In this document: in pieces, positions 9,145-18,888 of the stretch
Position numbering within the stretch: position 1 is the stretch's first letter
Layout: each line of letters starts with the position of its first letter
NCBI GenBank assembly: GCA_000092065.1
Contig: CP000599.1
Direction: 5' to 3' (one strand)
Source: Ostreococcus lucimarinus
Lineage: Eukaryota
Length of the DNA: 64,000 bases
Made by a program: the position numbers and the translations under genes
The notes under the pieces: generated by a model
What the model saw: the letters and a program-made list of their open reading frames with translations, nothing else
What the model was told of the DNA's origin: nothing
The model's database searches: none

Positions 9145-9993
9145 ATGGGGAAGACGCGCGGCGACGACGCCGCGCCGACGACGCGCGATGGACTCGGACT
9201 CAAACCGCGCGGTGGCGTGAAAAATAAAGCGCTCCTAGGACGTAAATTCACGGGCGGTGCGCGCGCGTCGCCGTTCATTCGGCAGTGGGCGTGGAAGCGA
9301 GAGATGAAGACGGACGAGGAGCGATTCCGAGACGACTACGTGTACGACAGAGACGACGACGAGGACGACGCGAACCCGAAGGCGACGATCAGGCTGCGAC
9401 AACGAAAGTTTAACGCCGCGTCGAGCGGATTCGCGTCCACGGTGTGGGACAGCGCGATCGTGTTGGCGAAATATTTGGAAAAGCGAAATCGAGCGAGCGG
9501 CGCCGGCGCTCGGTGGCGAGACGCGGTTGAGTTAGGCGCGGGATGCGGGCTGTGCGCGTGCGTGTTGGCGAAACGGTGCGAAAATCTCGTGACGGGGACG
9601 ATTTACGCCACGGACGTCGCGGAGAATATGGATTTGTTGACGGAAAATGTGAAGGCGTGTTCGTCGCGAATCGCGCCGCTCGCGTACGACTGGCGAGACG
9701 CGCCGCCGAAGTCGATCGACGCGTCTCGCGTCGATCTCATCCTCGGGACAGATTTGGTGTACTACGACGACGCCATGCCCGCGCTGGTGAAGACGCTGAA
9801 ATCGTTCGAGAGCGAGGCGTTGGTGGTGTACTTTGCGTTCGGGCGAAATCGACAGGCGCTGCCGCGATTTTTGGAATGCTTCGACGCCGAGGCGCGCGAC
9901 GCGTTCGAAGAACCGAGGTTTTTGGAATCGCACGAGCTCGACGCGTTGTATCAGTGCACGGACGTGAGCGTGATGGAATTGAAGCGAAAGTAG
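9145..9993 (+). CDS. METTL21/FAM86-type protein-lysine N-methyltransferase (Methyltransf_16-like)
   Basis: Reads ...NAASSGFASTVWDSAIVLAKYLE...AVELGAGCGLCACVLAK...ILGTDLVYYDDAMPALVKTLKSF, with motif I GxGxG and the DLVY post-II motif typical of the family. Start taken at ATG 9145. Two TGTAA signals lie after the stop. Confidence 0.7.
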   Translation: MGKTRGDDAAPTTRDGLGLKPRGGVKNKALLGRKFTGGARASPFIRQWAWKREMKTDEERFRDDYVYDRDDDEDDANPKATIRLRQRKFNAASSGFASTVWDSAIVLAKYLEKRNRASGAGARWRDAVELGAGCGLCACVLAKRCENLVTGTIYATDVAENMDLLTENVKACSSRIAPLAYDWRDAPPKSIDASRVDLILGTDLVYYDDAMPALVKTLKSFESEALVVYFAFGRNRQALPRFLECFDAEARDAFEEPRFLESHELDALYQCTDVSVMELKRK

Positions 9994-10048
9994 AAAATTA
10001 TTGTAAAAAAGTGAGTCAAAGTCGCGTGTAAAAAAGTCGTCGCGAATC

Positions 10049-11788
10049 CTACGCCTGCACGCCCTTCATCTCGCGCCAGACGTCGAGCGACACGCGCTTG
10101 GTCATGCTCTTAATTTGCGAGTTCGGACCGAGCTCGAAGAATTTCGTCTTGCCGTCGCCGATCAAGTTTTTCAAAGTCTGCTCCCACATGACGGGCGACA
10201 CCAACTGCGTGGCCAACGACGCGCGCACGCCGTCGGCGTCCTTCGCCGTCATCGGCAAACCCGTGACGTTGGAGTAAATCGCGACGTTGGCGCGCGGGGC
10301 GTTGAAAGTGACTTCGCTCAACGCCTTTTCGAGCGCTTCTTTCGCGGATTCCATTCGTTTGGTGTGAAACGCGCCCGAGACGGCCAAAAACGCGACTTTA
10401 ATCGCCCCCGCGGCTTGCGCTCGGCGCTGCGCGACGTCGAGCGCGACTTTGTCGCCCGACAACACGCGGCCTTGGGGGAACAGAAAGTTTGTGATTTCGA
10501 GCACGCAGTCTGGCGAGGACGCGATGACTTCGTTCTTCGATTCTTCCACGATCGTTTTCAACGCGTCGTCGTCCAAACCCACGACGCTGAGCATGCCGTG
10601 CGAGCCCTCGCGCGCCGCCGCCGCCATGGCTTCGGCGCGCGCTTTGACGACTTTAAACGCGTCCTCGTAGCTCAGCACACCGGCGAAGACGAGCGCGGCG
10701 TACTCTCCCAACGACAATCCCGCGCACGCATCGCACGCGTTGACGACGTCGGGGTCTTGATCCTTAAGCTTTTCCAACGCCGCGAGATTGGCGAGCAAGA
10801 GCGCGGGTTGCGCGTACACGGTGTCGTCGAGCTTTTCCTTCGGACCGTTGACGCAAATCTCGCGAAGGTCGTACCCGAGCACCTCGCGCGCGACTTCGCA
10901 CATTTTCGCCACCGCGGGAAGTTCGAGCAACTTGTCGTCCGCGAGCATGCCGATCGCCTGCGAGCCTTGGCCCGGGAATAAGAAGGCGAATCGCGCCGGT
11001 TGCGGCGCCGTCGCGGAATCCGTCGCGCCGGGCATCATCTCCGTCATCCCGAGATTTTTCGTGAAGTCCGGCGCGCCCTTTTCCCGTCGCTCCGCGATCT
11101 CGGCCTCGATCTCGGCCTCGATCTCGGCTCGTTTCACTCGTCGGCGCTCCTTGAACTGCGCCTTCGCCGCGCGCGCCTTGTCCCGTCGACGATCCTCCGG
11201 AAACGTCTTCTTGAAATCTTTCGCCCACGTGCGCACTTCGTCCAAGCCGTAATCGTACAGCGCCCACCAATCGCTCAGCGCCGGGTGCGGTTCCGCGCGC
11301 TTCTCGACGTGCGCGTACTTTTCGATCAACTCCTCGATTCGCTCGCGCACCTCGACGTCCTTGTCGACCAACCGCGCGGGCGTCTTCCGCCCCGGATTCA
11401 AATACGGATCGTAATCCTCGCACTCGATCGCCGGATCCGCGCCCTCGCTCAGCAAGTACTCAAAAATCTCCAAGTACCCGTCGAACTGCGCGAGATACGC
11501 CGCGCGGTGCAACGGCGTGAACCCCTTCGAGTCGCGCAGATTGACGCACTCCGGCACCTCGCGAATCAACCAGTGAATCATGTCCAACTGCTTGTACGTC
11601 ACCGCGAAGTGAATCGGCGCCCCCGCGCCGTTGTCTTGCGTCAAAAAGTACGGATCCGTGCTCGCGATCAGTTTCAGCTGCTCCAAGTCCCCCAGGCGCA
11701 CCGCCGAGTAAAACGCGAACGGTTGAAACTTCGGCTGCGGCGGGTACCGCCCCGACGCCGTCATGTCTCGATGGCCGAACCGCACCAT
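10049..11788 (-). CDS. FABD: Ankyrin-repeat domain fused to malonyl-CoA:ACP transacylase (FabD/MCAT), single ORF ~580 aa
   Basis: The C-terminal 300 aa are canonical FabD: FLFPGQGSQAIGM...GLSLGEYAALVFAGVLSYEDAF...AFHTKRM. The N-terminus carries ankyrin repeats (GAPIHFAVTYKQLDMIHWLI...KGFTPLHRAAYLAQFDGYLEIFEYLLSEGADP). A charged linker joins them with no stop codon and no splice signals. The track ORF begins with GTG at 12040; the first ATG is at 11788. Confidence 0.75.
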   Translation of the reverse strand: MVRFGHRDMTASGRYPPQPKFQPFAFYSAVRLGDLEQLKLIASTDPYFLTQDNGAGAPIHFAVTYKQLDMIHWLIREVPECVNLRDSKGFTPLHRAAYLAQFDGYLEIFEYLLSEGADPAIECEDYDPYLNPGRKTPARLVDKDVEVRERIEELIEKYAHVEKRAEPHPALSDWWALYDYGLDEVRTWAKDFKKTFPEDRRRDKARAAKAQFKERRRVKRAEIEAEIEAEIAERREKGAPDFTKNLGMTEMMPGATDSATAPQPARFAFLFPGQGSQAIGMLADDKLLELPAVAKMCEVAREVLGYDLREICVNGPKEKLDDTVYAQPALLLANLAALEKLKDQDPDVVNACDACAGLSLGEYAALVFAGVLSYEDAFKVVKARAEAMAAAAREGSHGMLSVVGLDDDALKTIVEESKNEVIASSPDCVLEITNFLFPQGRVLSGDKVALDVAQRRAQAAGAIKVAFLAVSGAFHTKRMESAKEALEKALSEVTFNAPRANVAIYSNVTGLPMTAKDADGVRASLATQLVSPVMWEQTLKNLIGDGKTKFFELGPNSQIKSMTKRVSLDVWREMKGVQA

Positions 11789-12091
11789 CTCGCGCGCGCG
11801 CGCGTCTCCGCCGACCTCGCGTTCGCGCGCGTTCGCGCGTTCGCGTTTTTTTCTTCGCGTCGCGCGCGCGCTCGCGACCGACCTCGCGCGCGCGATCGAC
11901 CGTCGCGCTCGCGAGTGACGCCCATCGCGCGACGCGCCGGGCGTTTCGTCGAGCGTTTCGCGCCGCGCCTCGAGGCGACGGACGCGCGGGCGGGCGCGAC
12001 GACGCGCTGTTACATCATATATGGGTCTAAATACCCCCACAGTACGTTATTTTATACAATACATAAAGCCACAAATCACCAGTCCACACAC

Positions 12092-12112
12092 GATCGATCG
12101 ATCGATCGATCG
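12092..12112. repeat. (GATC)5 microsatellite in the AT-rich divergent FabD/GSA promoter
   Basis: gatcgatcgatcgatcgatcg. Confidence 0.8.
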
Positions 12113-12276
12113 CGTCGCGCGAATCTCCAAAAAATCGCCGTCGCGCGGCTTATCCGGAGCGGTCGGCGCGCGCGCCGCGATCGCGCGTCGCGACGCGCGC
12201 GCGTCGTCACTCCGCGACGCCTCGCGCGTACGCACGGCGCCGCACGACCCCTCGAATCGCGACGCGCGCGATCGCG

Positions 12277-13686
12277 ATGTTCGCCGCGACGACGACGCTC
12301 GGCGCGACGAAATTCGTCGTCGCGAAAACCTCGACGTCGACCTCGTCGCGCGCGCGACGATCGACGCCGCGCGTTCGCGCGCAGAGCGTCCAGGCGCCGG
12401 CGCTGAACACGACGCGATCGAGCGAGATCTTCAAGGCGGCGCAAGACATCCTGCCGGGAGGCGTGAACTCGCCCGTGCGCGCGTTCAAGTCGGTGGGCGG
12501 GAACCCGATCGTGTTCGAGCGCGTCAAGGATGCGTACGCGTTCGACGTGGACGGGAACAAATACGTCGATTACGTCGGATCGTGGGGACCGGCGATCTGC
12601 GGACACGCGAATGATCGGGTGAACGAGAAATTGAAGGCGCAGATCGATAAGGGGACGAGCTTCGGGGCGCCGTGTGAGCTCGAGAACGCGCTCGGCGAGA
12701 TGGTCATCGAGCGCGTGCCGAGCGTGGAGATGGTGCGATTTTGCAACTCTGGGACGGAGGCGTGCTTGTCCGCGCTGCGCGTGATGCGGGCGTACACGGG
12801 GAGAGACATGATCATTAAGTTCGAAGGGTGCTACCACGGACACGCCGACCCGTTCTTGGTCAAGGCTGGTTCGGGCGTCATCACGCTCGGGTTGCCGGAT
12901 TCGCCGGGCGTGCCGGCGGCGGCGACGGCGACGACGCTGTGCGCGACGTACAACAACCTCGATGAAGTCAAGGCTTTGTTCGCGGCGAACCCGGGTAAGA
13001 TTGCGGGGGTGATCCTCGAACCCGTGGTCGGGAACAGCGGTTTCATCGCCCCGGACAAGGAGTTTTTGCAAGGCTTGCGCGAGACGTGCACCAAGGAGGG
13101 CGCGGTGCTGTGCTTTGACGAAGTCATGACTGGGTTCCGCATCGCCAAGGGCTGCGCGCAAGAGTACTGGGGCGTCACCCCGGATTTGACCACCATGGGT
13201 AAGGTGATCGGCGGCGGTATGCCCGTCGGCGCGTACGGGGGTAAGCGCGAAATCATGGACATGGTCGCCCCGGCGGGTCCGATGTACCAAGCCGGTACGC
13301 TCTCCGGGAACCCGCTCGCCATGGTTGCTGGCATCGAAACGTTGAAGATTCTCGGCGAACCGGGTCAGTACGAAAAGTTGGACAAGCTCACCAAGCGCTT
13401 GATCGAGGGCATCTTGAAGGCGGGTAAGGACAACGGCCACGCGGTGTGCGGCGGTCACATCTCGGGCATGTTTGGTTTCTTCTTCACCGAAGGTCCGGTG
13501 AAGAACTTCGCCGACGCGGCGAAGAGCGACACCGAAAAGTTCGGTCGCTGGCACCGTGCCATGCTCGAAGAAGGTGTCTACTTGGCCCCGTCCCAATACG
13601 AAGCCGGTTTCATGTCTTTGGCGCACACCGAAGCGGACATTGACGCCACCATCGCCGCCGCTCAACGCGCGATGGCGCGCATTTAA
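12277..13686 (+). CDS. HEML: Glutamate-1-semialdehyde 2,1-aminomutase (GSA-AT), chloroplast tetrapyrrole pathway
   Basis: Near full-length match to HemL/GSA: [18 protein letters not shown]...[13 protein letters not shown]...FCNSGTEAC...DEVMTGFR...[16 protein letters not shown]-terminal transit-peptide-like extension. Confidence 0.95.
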   Translation: MFAATTTLGATKFVVAKTSTSTSSRARRSTPRVRAQSVQAPALNTTRSSEIFKAAQDILPGGVNSPVRAFKSVGGNPIVFERVKDAYAFDVDGNKYVDYVGSWGPAICGHANDRVNEKLKAQIDKGTSFGAPCELENALGEMVIERVPSVEMVRFCNSGTEACLSALRVMRAYTGRDMIIKFEGCYHGHADPFLVKAGSGVITLGLPDSPGVPAAATATTLCATYNNLDEVKALFAANPGKIAGVILEPVVGNSGFIAPDKEFLQGLRETCTKEGAVLCFDEVMTGFRIAKGCAQEYWGVTPDLTTMGKVIGGGMPVGAYGGKREIMDMVAPAGPMYQAGTLSGNPLAMVAGIETLKILGEPGQYEKLDKLTKRLIEGILKAGKDNGHAVCGGHISGMFGFFFTEGPVKNFADAAKSDTEKFGRWHRAMLEEGVYLAPSQYEAGFMSLAHTEADIDATIAAAQRAMARI

Positions 13687-13960
13687 ACGCATATTTTGAC
13701 GATTTCGATGACGCGGTGACGCGTCTTCGTAGTCATCAACATTTACCACGACGACGACGGCGCAGTCAGCGCACGCACGGCGACGATCGACGACGATTAC
13801 TTTGATTAACTTGCTCTCATTGAAATTTAACAACTCTTCAAGCCGATTCGCGTCGACGTCGCGCGCGCGCCACCCTCGGACTCACTTCACGACGCCCAAT
13901 ATCACACGTTTCTCGCCCGCGCGATCGCATCGAAACAGACTGAACCTCAACCTTTCGTTC

Positions 13961-14737
13961 ATGTCCGACGTCGACCGCCCTCGACCGAGCAAGCGGCGAC
14001 CATCGATGACGTGCTACGAGCTCGAGTCGCGCGAGAGACACAAAAAACCAAAAATCTGGAACGGCGACGGCGTCGAGGGTAAGCAGGCAATCGGTCGCGC
14101 GCGGTGCGCCGTCCGCGAGGCCGCGCGAGCCGTTCGCGATGGTTGTCATGGCGATAAGCTGCTTCACATGTGCTGGAACAATAAATCCTGGAACGTGTTG
14201 AACGACGACGTCTTACTCGAAGCCGCGCGATGCGGTAATCGCGAATGCGCGCAAACGATCGCGGAGCATCATCACCACGGCGAAGGATTGACGAAAGAGG
14301 GAGTGATGCGCGCGAGCTTCGCCGCGGCAGAGAGCGGCCATTACGACATCGTCGAGATGTTGAGCGATTCGATCGCCTTCGATCTGTCCTGCTCGCTGTC
14401 GACGGCGCACTACGAAATCGCATTGGCGTCGAAGAACGCGGAGTTTGTGTGGAGATTGATCAGGGCGGAAGCACCGATGGCGTGTTCACAGATGGAAGAT
14501 GTGACGGATTTGGTAGTTTCGCACTACACCGGTGCGATTGCCGACGAGCGTGAAAGATTGCAGATCGAGATGATGATGATGAAGTACGTGGAAAATTGTC
14601 TAGATGACGGATCTGCTGAATGGGACTCTCAAACGCCGACGCCCGAGCTCGATCTCGACTCGGGCGTCGACGCTTATGAAACCGAGGACGCGATCGGAAA
14701 TGATGAGAAGGAGTATACTGCACGCGAATGGAGATGA
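13961..14737 (+). CDS. Hypothetical protein with ankyrin-like repeats (258 aa), moderately low GC
   Basis: ATG at 13961. Ankyrin-like helices (LLEAARCGNRECAQTIAEH.., AAESGHYDIVEMLS). A 19-bp direct repeat x2 lies immediately after the stop (14737-14775). Confidence 0.45.
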   Translation: MSDVDRPRPSKRRPSMTCYELESRERHKKPKIWNGDGVEGKQAIGRARCAVREAARAVRDGCHGDKLLHMCWNNKSWNVLNDDVLLEAARCGNRECAQTIAEHHHHGEGLTKEGVMRASFAAAESGHYDIVEMLSDSIAFDLSCSLSTAHYEIALASKNAEFVWRLIRAEAPMACSQMEDVTDLVVSHYTGAIADERERLQIEMMMMKYVENCLDDGSAEWDSQTPTPELDLDSGVDAYETEDAIGNDEKEYTAREWR

Positions 14738-14826
14738 TGTATCAAATATGCCGATGTATCAAATATGCCGATGATGAAATAGAGAAAAATATATCCAAAA
14801 CGACGTCGCCGACGACTTGTGTATTT

Positions 14827-17113
14827 TCACTCAGCGTCGACGACGACGAGCGAGCTCTCGTCCGTGGTTTTCGCGTCCGCACATGTGAAGCACGTGTTCC
14901 CGGCGCGATCGACGGCGGAGATTTCGAACGTGACTTCGTCGCCCGGGACGTCGCCCGCGGCGCGCGAGATTTCGACGTAGCCATAAAACGCGTCGCCGTG
15001 ATGGCTCGCCAAACTGACGAACGCGTCGCGATCGCGCATTCGCACACGCACATCATCCACAGGCTCGCTAAATGAGACGTACAGCACGGCGATGTCGCCG
15101 ATTCGAACGACGTCGGCGCGAGACGAGACGTCGCGAGCGTACGGGCGAAGGTACGCGTCGACGACGAACGGCGCCGTGGAATCGAACACTACGGTGACGC
15201 CCTCGGTGACGCCTTCGACGAAGAACGTTCGCTCGTTTGGTGTCGTCTCGGGAACGACATCGATGCGAAAGCGCAACGGTCCTTCATCCACGTACACACC
15301 GTCGTCGCCCAAGCGTCGAGTGGCGACGAACGTCGACGCGAAGCGCCAGTCGCCATCCTTGTTCGTCGTCGTTCGAACGCTCGTCGGAGACATGCGCTCA
15401 CGAGGGGTGATGAAATCGGCGAACACGTCAATTGGAACCTTGGTTTCGATGTCTAGCTCGATGGAGACGTAATCGCCGTACGTGGCGTGCGCTTCGTACG
15501 CGTTGCTCGTCGCCATGCGACACGCAAAACTTTCGATTTCGTCGGGAGCGTCGACGTAGATTTCGTCGTTCCCGTCGTCCGGAAACTCGATCACGATATC
15601 GTCGTCGTTAGTATCGTCGTCGTTGAACGTGTCGCCGTCGTCGCGCGCGGGTGGCGGCGCGCACGCGCACTCGGCGCAGCACGCGTCGACTCCTTCGCCG
15701 CGGAAAAACGCCGCCTTGGATTCAATCTCTCGACGCACAATATTCAACGTGCTCGCATCGCTCGGGGCGTCGTACACGGTGAATCCGTCGTAGTCTTCGA
15801 TTTCAGCCGGAGAAAGTAACCAGAACAAAGCCCCCGCGCGTCGGCGATCGTCCTCGCGCAAGAGCTCGAAGGTGCGCGCAAAGTACGCGTCTCGAACCGC
15901 GAGCGGTCGCTTCTTTCCAAACTCTTCGAACACGATGGGCTTATCGTTCGCAGACTTCGCCAAGTGCGCTCGAATCCATCGCTCGAGGAAACGAAGCTTG
16001 GACTCGTCGTCGCTATCCATCCAGTCGTCCGTCCAAACGTGCGCGGCGACAAAGTCGACGGCGTCGCTCTCGCGCAATCGATCGACGTCCACGCCCTGAC
16101 GTTCGGCGCCGGCGAACGGGTTCGCCTCGACGCCTTCGCCACGCATGAAGAAACCTTCGGTACCGACGCTGACGAGATGATTTCCCTCGTCGAGTCTTTT
16201 CACCAAAGCGCCGAAGTACGTCGCCCACTCGTGAAAGACGTCGCCGCGATCGTCTCCGGGCAAGCGCGGTTCGTTTATCAGCTGGTACGCGAAGATCGTC
16301 GGATCATCCTTATACGCGACGTTCGTGAACGTGTTCGTTCGCGTCACGACTTTCGCCACGAACGCCTCGAACGCGTCTCGACACTTTGGCGAGGTGAAAA
16401 AGTCTTCGCGTCGATACGCGCTCGTTTCGCCCTCTTCTCTCGCCCATCGCGCGTATCGCGCGATGCCGCCGTAATCGTCCCAATAATTCGTCAGCGTCAA
16501 GATGACGCGAATCCGTCGCCTCTCGCACTCGTATAAAACTTCATCAAGCCCCACGAACGCGCGCTCGTTAAACTCCCCCCGCCGCGGTTGCGTCGATCGT
16601 CCGTCGTACGAAGATTCGTCGCCGTCCAAAAACGCCCACGTTCGCGCGACGTCCGCGCCGATCTCTCGCATCGCGTCCAGAGTCTCGAACACCCACCGAC
16701 GCTCGGTCTCGTTCCCCAACATCGCGTATCGCAACCAATCTGTCCCTCGCGCGCGTCGACGCGTCCATCGTCAATCCTCGAATTCGCGCTCGATCTCGCG
16801 CTCGATCTCGCGCTCGATCTCGTCTCGTCTCGTCTCGTCTCGTCTCGTCTCGTCTCCCGCGCGTCGTCCACGCACACACGTTCGCCCCGATCGCGCGCAC
16901 CCGCCCCCCATCGCTCGCGTCTCGAAACGCGCGATCGCGCGCGTCCATCACGACGCGTCCGAACGTCCCGCGCGCGTCTCCCGCGCCGTCCTCGTCGCCG
17001 CGCGCGTCTCGCGCGCGCGCGCCGCCCGACGCCGCGACGATCCAAAACAATCCTAAAACGCCCCGCCGCCGTCTCGCGCGCGTCTCGCGACGCGCGCGAC
17101 GCGCGCGCGACAT
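14827..17113 (-). CDS. Secreted glycoside hydrolase family 5 (endo-beta-mannanase-like) with C-terminal beta-rich domain; 2 exons: 16876..17113 and 14827..16739
   Basis: GH5 core: ...VARTWAF..., ...YQLINEPR... (catalytic acid), ...VSVGTEGFF.... Exon 1 encodes a signal peptide (MSRARRARRETRARRRRGVLGLFWIVAASGG) and the barrel start ...RVRAIGANV. A GTGCGT donor sits at 16875, a TTGACG branch follows, and the acceptor ..GGGACAG| is at 16740/16741. Spliced, the product reads GANVYWLRYAML, matching mannanase GFNAYWLMY. The intron contains (CGTCT)7 and (CGCGCTCGATCT)3 microsatellites. Confidence 0.75.
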
Positions 17114-17191
17114 GTCACCGCGATCGTCGCTCTCGCGATCGTCGCCGCCCGTCGTTTCTGCGCGTCGCGATCCGTCGCCGCGTCGCCGCGC

Positions 17192-17363
17192 GCGCGCCGA
17201 GGCCGAGGTCCGACCGACCGATGCGTAGACTGTATTGCCATACATCTCGTATAAAGACAACAGAAACGCCATCGCGCGCGCGCGCCGAGGCCGAGGTCCG
17301 ACCGACCGATGCGCAGACTGTATTGACATACACCTCGTATAAAGACAACAGAAACGCCATCGC
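17192..17363. repeat. Tandem duplication (2 x 86 bp, ~95% identity) in the GH5/EBP1 divergent promoter, each copy carrying a TATAAAG box
   Basis: ...CCGAGGCCGAGGTCCGACCGACCGATGCG(T/C)AGACTGTATTG(CC/A)ATACA(T/C)CTCGTATAAAGACAACAGAAACGCCATCGCG repeated. TATAAAG at 17251 and 17337; the second is 75 bp upstream of the EBP1 ATG. Confidence 0.85.
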
Positions 17364-17411
17364 GGGGCACTAGGGCTTCGCGACGACACACCGCGACGCT
17401 TCGCCGCCGCC

Positions 17412-18693
17412 ATGGCGGACTCCGACAGCGACTACGCGAGCGACGACGAATCGACGATCGACGAGAGCGAGTTCACGTGCGAGAACGTGCGTCGATCGAC
17501 GCGACGCGCGACGCGACGCGGTGACGCGCGACGACGCCGCGACGAGCGAAGAGGACGATCGAACGATCGACGACGACAGGCGCGAGCGACTGACGACGAC
17601 GCCGAGACGACGCGCGCGGACGAAACAGCCGGATGTGGTGACGAAATATAAGATCGCGGCGGACTGCGCGAACGCGGCGATGAAGGAGGTGCGCGCGGCG
17701 ATCGCGGTCGGGGCGAAGGTTGTGGATTTGTGCGCGCTCGGCGACGCGGCGATCGAGCGAGAGACGGCGAAGTATTACAATAAAAAGGATAAGGATGGGA
17801 ATAAGGTGGAGAAAGGGATCGCGTTTCCGACGTGCGTGTCGATCGATAACTGCGTGTGCCATAACTCGCCGGACGCGAGCGATGCGAAGACGATCGAGGA
17901 CGGGGCGAGCGTGAAGATCGATTTGGGGGCGCACGTGGACGGGTACGTGGCGACGACGGCGACGACTGTCGTCGTGGGCGGTAAACCGGTGACGGGGGCG
18001 CAGGCGGACGTGATGAAGGCGGCGGAGTTGGCGAGTGAAATCGTCATTCGTAAGCTCAGGCCGGGGGCGTCGACGGGGGAAATCGGCGGCGTCATCGAGG
18101 GCGTGGCGAAGGATTTCGGCGTCAACGTCGTCGAGGGCGTGATGACGCATAACATGAAGCGTTTTATCATCGACGGTAACAAGGTGATTCTGAACAAGTC
18201 TACGCCGGAGATGAAGGCTGATCCCGAGGAGATTGAGCTCTATGAAGTCTACGCGTTGGACATTGTCATGTCGAGCGGCGAGGGCAAGCCCAAGCAAAGG
18301 GACGAGAGAGAAACCAAGGTTTACAAGCGCGCCATCGAAAAGAACTACCAGTTAAAGATGCAAGGTTCGCGCGCGGTTTTCTCGGAAATCTCAAAGCGAT
18401 TCCCCACCATGCCCTTCACCGCGCGGGCGTTGGAAGAGAAGCGCGTCAACTTTGGCCTCGTCGAATGCTGCAACCACGGGTTGTTGCACGCCTACCCGGT
18501 GCTTTACGAAAAGGATGGTGCCGCCGTCGCGCACGTCAAGAGCACGTTCTTAGTGTTGAAGAAGGGCAACGATCGCATCACGACCTTTGAGCCGCAAGAG
18601 GTGCAATCGGACAAGTCGCTTAGCGACAACGCGTTGGTCGAACTCATCGCGACCGAACTCAAGCCGAAGCCCAAGCCCAAAAAGAAGAAGTGA
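17412..18693 (+). CDS. PA2G4: Proliferation-associated protein 2G4 / ErbB3-binding protein 1 (EBP1; M24-fold non-peptidase); 2 exons: 17412..17486 and 17629..18693
   Basis: Exon 2 aligns with EBP1 (VVTKYKIAADCANAAMK...KGIAFPTCVSIDNCVCHNSP...KIDLGAHVDGYVA...). Exon 1 is MADSDSDYASDDESTIDESEFTCEN, followed by a GTGCGT donor at 17487. The branch motif GCGACTGACG and the acceptor ..AAACAG| at 17628 follow. The junction reads ...ESTIDESEFTCENPDVVTKYK, compared with human EQTIAEDLVVTKYK. The 5' UTR carries CTAGGGCT, a telo-box-like motif on the other strand. Confidence 0.8.
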
Positions 18694-18888
18694 TGCGTCG
18701 AGTGATGCGTTTTTAATATCAGTTTCTCACGTCGTGCGGTTCAATTAGTCGTGCTAAATCGTTCGTTCGTTCGTTCGTTCGTTCGTTCGTTCGTTCGTTC
18801 GTTCGTTCGTGTTACAACTCGCGAATGGCGCGATGAAGGGAAGAATCGAGGCGGCGTTTCGACCGAGGCGGTGCGCTGGTGCGTTCGT

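Noticed and set aside
16568-17413. 281-aa minus-strand ORF spanning the GH5 upstream region
   Set aside because: Only its 79 codons from ATG 17113 are coding (signal peptide + barrel start joined by an intron to the GH5 body). The upstream part translates the duplicated TATA-box promoter module and was rejected.
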